IMG/VR virus record: IMGVR_UViG_3300045988_160493
Source: a virus
Length of the DNA: 40,051 nucleotides
Reading direction: 5' to 3' (one strand)
Shown here: one piece after another, positions 8,726 to 15,425 of the stretch
Position numbering within the stretch: position 1 is the first letter of the stretch
How the letters are laid out: every line of letters starts with the position of its first letter
Made by a program: the position numbers and the translations under genes
The notes under the pieces: model-generated
Told to the model about the DNA's origin: nothing
The model's database searches: none
Seen by the model: only the letters and a program-made list of their open reading frames with translations

Positions 8726-8946
8726 GCAAAAACAAGAAATCCAAATCAAATGATAACTTTCCTCGCCACAAAGAGGTTCTCTGCGTCCAATGCGGAGTTC
8801 CTCTTTCCCAAGAGGACATAAAAAAAGGTTATCACCTTTGCGAATTTTGCCGACAAGATTATGGTAAAGACTATCACCAAAAATTCGCGAAACGCTACAA
8901 GGATATTGACCCAGATGACAACTTCGACTACGAATACCTACGCTAA
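8722..8946 (+). CDS. zinc-ribbon protein (74 aa)
   Basis: CVQCG...CEFC pairs; ATGA overlap with previous gene. Confidence 0.45.
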   Translation: MSKNKKSKSNDNFPRHKEVLCVQCGVPLSQEDIKKGYHLCEFCRQDYGKDYHQKFAKRYKDIDPDDNFDYEYLR

Positions 8947-9021
8947 AAATTTCCTAATTTTTTCTTTGACTTGTTGAAAACAAAACTATGAAATAATGTA
9001 AACATAAAAAACAAAAAAACT

Positions 9022-9723
9022 ATGGAAAAAACAATAAACAAAAAACTATGCGAATATTGCGGAAAGCCTCTATCGGACAACGCAATTTATTATGTTAATG
9101 GAATGGGATTTTGTAACCACACTTGCGAAAATCTCTACTTGGTCTATGAGCAACACAAGAATAAAATTGCCGACGTATTCTATTCCAATACTCTGCCCAA
9201 CTACCGCCACAATGACATTGAGCGGATTAAAAACCAACTCGTAAAGCCAGAAAGGGCGGACGCCATTCTTAATTGGACGCTTGGCTCTCGTGGATTGGCG
9301 ATTATGGGAAACACAGGGTGTGGCAAAACAAGACTGCTTACCGAGTTGCTCAAACGCCTTATAAAAGAGAATTTAGTGGGCATAGAAAGCTCGCTCGAAG
9401 TCTTTTACGCAGGAGAGCTTGAACGAGCCATAATGGAAAGCTTTAAGGTTTCTGCGCAGTACTCAAACCTAATGTACAAGCTTGAAAATTGCGATTTGCT
9501 TGTTATCGACGATTTTGGCAAGGAACGCTTTACAGAGAGATTTGAATTGAGCGTATTCCAGATTTTTGAAAAGAGAATGGCGAAATTAAAGCCTACGATT
9601 TTTACAACAAATTACAAGGGCGAAGAGTTTAAGGCAAGGTTTAGCGATACACAGAATTACGAGCCTTTGAGCAGGAGAATAAACGAAAGCTTTGACAGAA
9701 TAGTATTAACAAAAAAACAATAA
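9022..9723 (+). CDS. DnaC/IstB-like AAA+ ATPase (helicase loader) with N-terminal zinc ribbon
   Basis: Walker A GNTGCGKT, Walker B LLVIDDFG, N-terminal CEYCG...CNHTC. Confidence 0.75.
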   Translation: MEKTINKKLCEYCGKPLSDNAIYYVNGMGFCNHTCENLYLVYEQHKNKIADVFYSNTLPNYRHNDIERIKNQLVKPERADAILNWTLGSRGLAIMGNTGCGKTRLLTELLKRLIKENLVGIESSLEVFYAGELERAIMESFKVSAQYSNLMYKLENCDLLVIDDFGKERFTERFELSVFQIFEKRMAKLKPTIFTTNYKGEEFKARFSDTQNYEPLSRRINESFDRIVLTKKQ

Positions 9724-9738
9724 AGAAAGGCTAACAAA

Positions 9739-9939
9739 ATGAAAGACGAAAGAGTAAAACCTTGTCCGTTTTGTGGAGGGGAAGCGGAAATTATAAAAGC
9801 GCACCTTTTTTGCGGAGACATCTACATTTGCAGATGTGTAGATTGCGTGGCGCAGTCCGCTTTTTGTGGGACAAAAGAAGAGGCTGTTGCGGAATGGAAC
9901 AGGCGCGTTTGTGTCTCAACTCCTCAAAAAAACAGATAA
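9739..9939 (+). CDS. Lar-family restriction-alleviation-like zinc-ribbon protein
   Basis: KPCPFCGGEAEI...CRCVDC...EEAVAEWNRR. Confidence 0.65.
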   Translation: MKDERVKPCPFCGGEAEIIKAHLFCGDIYICRCVDCVAQSAFCGTKEEAVAEWNRRVCVSTPQKNR

Positions 9940-10153
9940 TACAGATAAAGCAAAATTGGTATTTCCTAATGGAGCAGTTATTGAAGAGGACATAAACAAT
10001 ACAGACGATGTGTCAAAAATTTCTTTTAATAGTGCGGCAAAAGCTTTGCGGAATTTGCCTTATGATGACAAAAAAATATATATCAATATGCTTTTAGATG
10101 CATTCTTTAAAGGGGAAAACGATGAAAGAGAAAGTAAAAATAAAAATATCTAA
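9866..10153 (+). CDS. hypothetical protein; start uncertain (track ATG overlaps preceding gene by 74 nt; a TTG at 9956 is an alternative)
   Basis: ORF track. Confidence 0.3.
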   Translation: MGQKKRLLRNGTGAFVSQLLKKTDNTDKAKLVFPNGAVIEEDINNTDDVSKISFNSAAKALRNLPYDDKKIYINMLLDAFFKGENDERESKNKNI

Positions 10154-10319
10154 AAAAACCATAGAAAAATTAAGGAATAAAATATTATCAGCATATCAAA
10201 TTCCAGAGGAGTTTTTATTCCCAAAATACCATTTCGGAGAAGCTTTTTCTTTGGAGGGTAAAGAATTAGATATTTTTGCCAAAAGTGTATATTTGAACAG
10301 CAGAAAGGATAAACAATGA
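10122..10319 (+). CDS. hypothetical protein (65 aa)
   Basis: ATG 10122 after ggggaaaacg; in frame with track ORF 10098. Confidence 0.35.
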   Translation: MKEKVKIKISKKTIEKLRNKILSAYQIPEEFLFPKYHFGEAFSLEGKELDIFAKSVYLNSRKDKQ

Positions 10320-10678
10320 GTGAAATAAAACTAAATCTAATGTGGACGAAAAGCTCCGACGGCTCTTATGAGCATTTGCAAAATATTCAGTGGGTGGATT
10401 TTTCTATCCAGTTGTCCAGCAAAGTACTCTTTGAAAAAGACAACTACATTGGAGTTTTTAATTCAGTAGAAGATGCAAAAGCCTTTGTAGAAACTATGTT
10501 GACAGAAATGGTCGAGGACTCCCTAAAAACAATCGACGCAAAGATTGTCCCATTTACAGATAACGAACTTGATTTTATCCGCAAACTCATATTGCAAAAT
10601 TGCAACGTTGGCATTGTAGATAGTCTACCCGCAAGCATACTTGATAAAAATAACAACGCATTAAAGGTTCAACAATGA
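10316..10678 (+). CDS. hypothetical protein (120 aa)
   Basis: ORF track; ATGA overlaps at both ends. Confidence 0.4.
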   Translation: MSEIKLNLMWTKSSDGSYEHLQNIQWVDFSIQLSSKVLFEKDNYIGVFNSVEDAKAFVETMLTEMVEDSLKTIDAKIVPFTDNELDFIRKLILQNCNVGIVDSLPASILDKNNNALKVQQ

Positions 10679-11148
10679 GAATTATTTTAGACATCAATCC
10701 ACCAAAGAACACAGGGCAATCTGGCAAACGCTTGGGTTGTCCAAGAGGTCGAGCAATGATGTTCGAGACCAAAGAAAGCAAAGACACAAAGGCAATGTTT
10801 TATGCGTTGCTTTACAACAAAAAGCCCCAAACCCCCTTTTCGTGCCCCTTAATCTTTAAACTGTACTACTTCTTTCCCTATAACAGTACAGTAAAGACCA
10901 GTTTGAAGAAAAAGCACGCTATTATCGCAAAAACAACAAAACCCGATTATGACAACATTCCAAAGCAAATTCAGGACGTTATGACAAAGCTCGGCTTTTG
11001 GACTGACGACGCAGTAATTTTTAATGGAGGTTGCGAAAAGTATTTTGCGGAGTTTGGGAAGATTATCATTGAAATTACGCCGACAATGGCAGATTATGAC
11101 TACTCAATGATTTTTGACGAAGAATTTTTAACAAAAGAACAACTATAA
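10675..11148 (+). CDS. rusA: RusA-family Holliday junction resolvase
   Basis: KPDYDNIPKQIQDVMTKLGFWTDDAVIFNG core typical of RusA endodeoxyribonuclease. Confidence 0.7.
   Translation: MRIILDINPPKNTGQSGKRLGCPRGRAMMFETKESKDTKAMFYALLYNKKPQTPFSCPLIFKLYYFFPYNSTVKTSLKKKHAIIAKTTKPDYDNIPKQIQDVMTKLGFWTDDAVIFNGGCEKYFAEFGKIIIEITPTMADYDYSMIFDEEFLTKEQL
11130..11148 (+). repeat. 19-bp direct repeat copy 1 (AACAAAAGAACAACTATAA) = last codons + stop of rusA
   Basis: Exact identity with 11999-12017. Confidence 0.8.
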
Positions 11149-11163
11149 AAAGGGAAACAATAA

Positions 11164-11799
11164 ATGAATGAAGAACTGGTACAAACAGCGATAAAGCTTC
11201 TGCGCGACAACGAGCCGCAAGACGGCAAAGGCTACGGATTGGCGTTTAGTGGCGGGAAAGATAGCATTGTAATTAAACAACTTGCTATTGAAGCGGGCGT
11301 CAAATTCAAGGCGTTTTATTCGCAAACGACTATCGACCCGCCCGAGCTTGTGAAATACATTCGCGAGCACCATAAGGACGTTGAGTGGCTAAGAAACGGC
11401 GGCTTTTTCTCGCTAATGATTAGCAAGGGTACGCCTCCAAACTTTCGCATGAGATATTGCTGCGCGGAATTAAAAGAACAATCGATAAAAGGTTATAGGG
11501 CGCGAATTATAGGCGTGAGAGCCTCCGAAAGCATACGCCGCGCGAAGCGATGGAGCGAACGAGTTGACGACTATTCCGCGTCCGACTGCGACTATATAAT
11601 ATGCCCGATTGTGAGATGGACAGACGCCGACGTCTGGGACTTCATACGGTCGCGTAAGTTGCCATATTGCGAGCTATACGACAAGGGCTTTAAGCGTTTG
11701 GGGTGCATCGCATGTCCCATGACAAGCGTAAAAAATATAAAACGCGAATTGGAGCTATATCCCCATTTGATAAAGCATATCAACAAGCATTTCGGTTAA
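11164..11799 (+). CDS. PAPS-reductase-family PP-loop ATP pyrophosphatase-like protein (DndC/CysH-like fold); likely accessory DNA/nucleotide modification enzyme
   Basis: PP-loop FSGGKDS near N-terminus, C-terminal GCIACP cysteine pair. Confidence 0.75.
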   Translation: MNEELVQTAIKLLRDNEPQDGKGYGLAFSGGKDSIVIKQLAIEAGVKFKAFYSQTTIDPPELVKYIREHHKDVEWLRNGGFFSLMISKGTPPNFRMRYCCAELKEQSIKGYRARIIGVRASESIRRAKRWSERVDDYSASDCDYIICPIVRWTDADVWDFIRSRKLPYCELYDKGFKRLGCIACPMTSVKNIKRELELYPHLIKHINKHFG

Positions 11800-12017
11800 T
11801 GTGGGAAAAGTGGCACGACAGAATAATGCCTGCCCGCGGGAAATTCCCCGAGCGCAAGCATTTTTCTTCGCGCTTTAAAAGTGGCGAGGAATGGTATCTC
11901 CACCACATTAACAGAGGACACCCAGAGAGACAGACGGACGAAACTTGTCAAATGGAACTAATGTTTACTGGCGCAGACGCCGAAATTTTCAACGACACAA
12001 CAAAAGAACAACTATAA
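11703..12017 (+). CDS. hypothetical ORF overlapping the PAPS-reductase 3' end by 97 nt in the -1 frame (track start is GTG). Could be a separate gene, a frameshift extension, or a remnant
   Basis: ORF track; C-terminal tail IFNDTTKEQL duplicates RusA tail IFDEEFLTKEQL. Confidence 0.3.
   Translation: MHRMSHDKRKKYKTRIGAISPFDKAYQQAFRLMWEKWHDRIMPARGKFPERKHFSSRFKSGEEWYLHHINRGHPERQTDETCQMELMFTGADAEIFNDTTKEQL
11999..12017 (+). repeat. 19-bp direct repeat copy 2 = last codons + stop of ORF 11703-12017
   Basis: Exact identity with 11130-11148. Confidence 0.8.
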
Positions 12018-12037
12018 CAAGAAAGAGAGTGTAGAAT

Positions 12038-12640
12038 ATGGATAAAACAAACAAAAATGCCTCTAAAACTAATCGTAAACCTAAAAAGGTAGAAACACCC
12101 ATAACGATAGCAAATTACCAAAAATTGGCTATGAGAACGTGCTTGCCTGCTTGCAAGTGTTGGGCGTATGCTTTTCCCGCTTTAATGTCGGAAATGTGTG
12201 AGTTTTTTGCAAAACATTATGGGCAATATGCAAAATCAGTCAGAGGAGATTTTGATGAAGATTTAGATTACGGATTTGAAAATTATTCTAAAATCCGCAA
12301 AGAAATTAAAAAAGAACTTGGCGATATTGCGTGGAGCTTAGCTCTTATTTGTAAAGTTGGCGGGTATAAATTTTGTAAAGAATTAGAGTTGGCAAAGAAA
12401 AAAGGTGAACTACACCTTGTAAAAATGTTTTTGGAGGATAACATACACGATACAGTGAACGCTATTACTTTTGGAGCAGAAGATAAAAAAAGGCGTACAA
12501 TGGAATTTTGTTTTCATATTTTTGCAAGCTATTGCCACTATTATCGATTTAAAGTCTCCGACGTCCTGCGAGACAATATCCGCAAGCTTGCGTCTCGCCA
12601 AAAACGTGGCGTAATTATGGGAAACGGCGATAATAGATAA
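12038..12640 (+). CDS. MazG-like nucleoside triphosphate pyrophosphohydrolase (putative)
   Basis: YQKLAMRT near N-terminus, EIKKELGDIAWSL (E-x2-E-L-x-D-like metal site), KLASRQKRG near C-terminus. Confidence 0.45.
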   Translation: MDKTNKNASKTNRKPKKVETPITIANYQKLAMRTCLPACKCWAYAFPALMSEMCEFFAKHYGQYAKSVRGDFDEDLDYGFENYSKIRKEIKKELGDIAWSLALICKVGGYKFCKELELAKKKGELHLVKMFLEDNIHDTVNAITFGAEDKKRRTMEFCFHIFASYCHYYRFKVSDVLRDNIRKLASRQKRGVIMGNGDNR

Positions 12641-12641
12641 T

Positions 12642-12920
12642 ATGGCTAAGAAATTTACTCCCAGAGGTATCATAACCCCTGTTCCCGTCAGATGTGAGCG
12701 TTGTGGCGGTCAAGCAATGTATCAAGAATGGATTGAGGCAAGCGACAACCTAATGCAACGTTTTGGCATAATCTTTTGCCAAGATTGCGAACTCAAAAGC
12801 CGACTTCACTCCGAACGCACGCCACGCGAAACAAAACAGGAGGCTCTCAACGATTGGAAAATCCTAAACAAAATCGAAAGAGAAGTTAAAAAAAATCTTG
12901 ACACAAAACCCTCAAAGTAA
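12642..12920 (+). CDS. Lar-family-like zinc-ribbon protein (divergent paralog)
   Basis: CERCGG...CQDC...KQEALNDWK signature. Confidence 0.45.
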   Translation: MAKKFTPRGIITPVPVRCERCGGQAMYQEWIEASDNLMQRFGIIFCQDCELKSRLHSERTPRETKQEALNDWKILNKIEREVKKNLDTKPSK

Positions 12921-12933
12921 TTCAACAAAGACA

Positions 12934-13335
12934 ATGAAAGACCTAATTATCAATCTCGAAGTCATAAGAATAACGGCAAAACAGCTCCATTATTCCGAAA
13001 GTGGCGAAGCATTCTACGCAAACCACTTGCTAATGGATAGAATTGCCGAGCATCTCTCAGACTTCGTTGATGAAATAATCGAAGCTTCCATTCTCGCCGA
13101 TACTGGCAACCCGCCTATATTGGCAGACCTCTATTCCGAGATAGCGTATAAAACTCCCAAAACACCCTCTAAAAGCGATTTGAAAGACTTAATCCTTACC
13201 ACGATATACCTTATCGACGATTTAGCCAAACAAGACCGCTTTCAAGGCGACTTCGATTTGCTTGGAAGAATATCCAACAATTTAAGAAGCTCGCTTGGGT
13301 TGCTCAATAGGGTACTCGCTGGTTCGGAAAGTTGA
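12934..13335 (+). CDS. hypothetical protein (133 aa), last gene of rightward arm
   Basis: Internal ATG 12934 follows stop of upstream gene; hairpin terminators follow. Confidence 0.4.
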   Translation: MKDLIINLEVIRITAKQLHYSESGEAFYANHLLMDRIAEHLSDFVDEIIEASILADTGNPPILADLYSEIAYKTPKTPSKSDLKDLILTTIYLIDDLAKQDRFQGDFDLLGRISNNLRSSLGLLNRVLAGSES

Positions 13336-13426
13336 ATTTTGTTCATTTGTTTCCCATTGTTTATTGTTCGTATCAGTTAAGGTTGTTCGCCAAGAGGTTT
13401 TTTGTTTTTTCCTCGTAGGCAACGTA

Positions 13427-13470
13427 AAAGGCTCTGGGTTTTAATTGTTTCCCCCAGAGCCTTTCCTTTT
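13427..13470. terminator. bidirectional intrinsic terminator hairpin at the convergence point of the two arms
   Basis: AAAGGCTCTGGG / CCCAGAGCCTTT 12-bp stem, 14-nt loop; T-rich tract TTTCCTTTTACTTT on + strand and TTTT on - strand; preceded by GAGG-T6GT6-CCTC small hairpin 13395-13415. Confidence 0.6.
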
Positions 13471-13500
13471 ACTTTCTACTACCTAACCTAAAATCTAAAA

Positions 13501-13518
13501 TTGTTCCACGTGGAACAA
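13501..13518 (-). terminator. perfect 18-bp palindrome TTGTTCCACGTGGAACAA; on the - strand followed by TTTTAGATTTT, so it acts as terminator of the leftward operon and/or a protein operator
   Basis: Seen directly; located 12 nt beyond stop of last - strand gene. Confidence 0.5.
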
Positions 13519-13529
13519 ATCCGTAAGCG

Positions 13530-13820
13530 TCATTTTTCAGCCTTTCCGAGAGGGCATTCCGACGGTCTGTATTTTGTTTGCACCACGCAATTTTGTGAGT
13601 GTGTGTGGTATTTAAGACAATTTGCGCAAAGCTTTTCGCGCGCTTCCTGTGCCTCATATTTGCGTTGACGCACACGCGGAAGATTGCAAATTATGGAAAA
13701 CGACAAGCCACCTATTGCGACAATCCAAAGGCGCAAATCGTCCTGCGTTATTGTCGCAGCCGTCGCCGCTCCGAAAGTTAAAACGTTGCCGCAAATATCG
13801 CCTATTTTACTAATTGTCAT
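13530..13820 (-). CDS. small membrane protein (96 aa) with Cys-rich C-terminus; lysis-cassette member
   Basis: Hydrophobic LWIVAIGGLSFSIICNL; C-terminal CANC...C...C. Confidence 0.4.
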   Translation of the reverse strand: MTISKIGDICGNVLTFGAATAATITQDDLRLWIVAIGGLSFSIICNLPRVRQRKYEAQEAREKLCANCLKYHTHSQNCVVQTKYRPSECPLGKAEK

Positions 13821-14044
13821 TGCCTCTCGATTTCCATTTCTAAATGATTTATAGTTTTAAGTGCGTCTCTGCACCACTCAGGAGCAGCAAGACGTGCTTG
13901 TTCAAAGTCCGTACGGTTTATAAGCCTTTCTGAATTATTAAGCTCGATATGCGCACAACCGCAAAAAAGGAAAGGAAGCAATAAGCTAATCATTCTCGCA
14001 GTCATTGCCCACTCCGTTATCAATGGCTTTATCAACTTTTGCAT
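13817..14044 (-). CDS. possible lipoprotein (o-spanin-like) overlapping the 3' end of the preceding membrane-protein gene in another frame
   Basis: Internal start would give MISLLLPFLFCGC (lipobox-like FCGC) followed by soluble domain with a Cys; the overlapped architecture resembles Rz/Rz1. Weak: few prolines. Confidence 0.25.
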   Translation of the reverse strand: MQKLIKPLITEWAMTARMISLLLPFLFCGCAHIELNNSERLINRTDFEQARLAAPEWCRDALKTINHLEMEIERQ

Positions 14045-14183
14045 CCTTTTCTTCCTTGCGCTTTAAGGCTTCGGCGCGTTTCGACTTTTCGGCTTCTTCA
14101 AAGGCAATCTTTATAATACTTTCAATGCTCGGAAAAGCTTTGAATATTGCCGTCAAAAGCGAAACTATCACCGAAACCCACAT
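13986..14183 (-). CDS. single-TM protein with highly charged C-terminal helix (holin / antiholin / i-spanin-like)
   Basis: WVSVIVSLLTAIFKAF TM then EEAEKSKRAEALKRKEEKDAK. Confidence 0.45.
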   Translation of the reverse strand: MWVSVIVSLLTAIFKAFPSIESIIKIAFEEAEKSKRAEALKRKEEKDAKVDKAIDNGVGNDCEND

Positions 14184-14190
14184 AATCCGT

Positions 14191-14385
14191 TTATTTCTGC
14201 GCTCCTACGTCTTGGACGGCATCGTCTCCGCCCTTAACCGCATTGTAAACGTCTTTACCCTTGCTTACAACTTCCTCAACGTTAGGCACTGTTTCTGCGT
14301 CTCCGTCAAAGATGTAGTAAATATTCGTTGCAAGACTTGCGACAAACATTGCGCAAGCCACTATGATTGATATTGTTTTCTTCAT
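14191..14385 (-). CDS. single-TM small protein with acidic periplasmic tail (holin-like)
   Basis: MKKTISIIVACAMFVASLATNIYYIF hydrophobic N-terminus. Confidence 0.45.
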   Translation of the reverse strand: MKKTISIIVACAMFVASLATNIYYIFDGDAETVPNVEEVVSKGKDVYNAVKGGDDAVQDVGAQK

Positions 14386-14396
14386 TATTTGCCTTT

Positions 14397-15107
14397 CTAT
14401 TTGTTCAAAGATTTTAGTTTCTGAGACTTGTAATACGTCATAAATATTTCGTTGCTATCCGCTTGGAAACTTTCCCAATTCGCTTTTATTGTCGGGTCTG
14501 TCTTGCGCTTCGCAAAAAATATTCTTTCTACCTTTTGGCAAGCATTAAAGAGTATTCCTGCGCTCTGCTCCGACTGCCTAATGATGTTTACGCAATCCAA
14601 GAATTTGCCGTCCAAAAACCCCTCGCTTACATAATTGAATATCTCTGCGTCTTTATTAACTTTGCCCAAGCCAAATATCTTGCTATCGCTCATCTTAATG
14701 CCCTCTACCTCAAAGCCTTTCGCCTTTAAAGAAGCATAAGCACTCGGATTGCCCGAAGCTCTCATATTCGTCGCGGCAAAGTCATTTATTACGGCGTCCA
14801 ACAAGCTTTCGGGCGCAAACTCCTTGCTAATAGCAACTCTCACTGTCCAAATATAGCGATTGTTCTTATCTTTTGCCCATTCCCTAAACTCCAACGGCTC
14901 TTCCTGCGCCCAATCCGCAATCGGCTTAACAACTTCAAGTGCCGAAGCCTGCTCCACTGTCGGCTTAAAGTTGTCGTTTTTCACTACGGCGTCAACGCCA
15001 TTCACAAAAGCTTCTTTCTGCTCTTCGGTAATCGCAAACGCCGAGCAAAAAACAAAGCTCAATGCCATTAAAAATATATTTCTTATCTTTCTCATATGTT
15101 TTCTCAC
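14397..15107 (-). CDS. exported protein (236 aa) with cleavable Sec signal peptide; function unknown, sits at head of lysis cassette
   Basis: MRKHMRKIRNIFLMALSFVFCSAFA/ITE signal peptide (AxA site); ATGA-coupled to upstream gene. Confidence 0.5.
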   Translation of the reverse strand: MRKHMRKIRNIFLMALSFVFCSAFAITEEQKEAFVNGVDAVVKNDNFKPTVEQASALEVVKPIADWAQEEPLEFREWAKDKNNRYIWTVRVAISKEFAPESLLDAVINDFAATNMRASGNPSAYASLKAKGFEVEGIKMSDSKIFGLGKVNKDAEIFNYVSEGFLDGKFLDCVNIIRQSEQSAGILFNACQKVERIFFAKRKTDPTIKANWESFQADSNEIFMTYYKSQKLKSLNK

Positions 15108-15424
15108 TTTCTATTTTTAGTTAAATACGCCTGTAATTCCAAAATCAAGTCTTTTAATTCCAATGTTCCATTTTTTACGTCTTGGAGCTTAAAACCGAAG
15201 TATGAAAATTCGTCAATCTTTCCCTTTTGGTACATCCGCCACGCTTCCCTGTTTGCGAGCCTAAATTCAAGCTCAGCTTTCCTTGCTGCCATTTCGGGCG
15301 TCAAATCTTCATTGTACTCTCCCGCCAAGTAGAAAGGCTCTTGAATGTCGAATATTGACGTTTCCTGTGCCTTAGCAAAAGGAGAAAGAATAAAAATCAA
15401 AGAAATAAAAACAATCTGCTTCAT
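15104..15424 (-). CDS. small exported helical protein (106 aa) with signal peptide
   Basis: MKQIVFISLIFILSPFAKA/QE signal peptide. Confidence 0.5.
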   Translation of the reverse strand: MKQIVFISLIFILSPFAKAQETSIFDIQEPFYLAGEYNEDLTPEMAARKAELEFRLANREAWRMYQKGKIDEFSYFGFKLQDVKNGTLELKDLILELQAYLTKNRK

Positions 15425-15425
15425 A

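Noticed and set aside
13817-14044. Treating the overlapped ORF as a confident o-spanin
   Set aside because: Lipobox is non-canonical (FCGC) and the protein is proline-poor. Kept only as a low-confidence feature.
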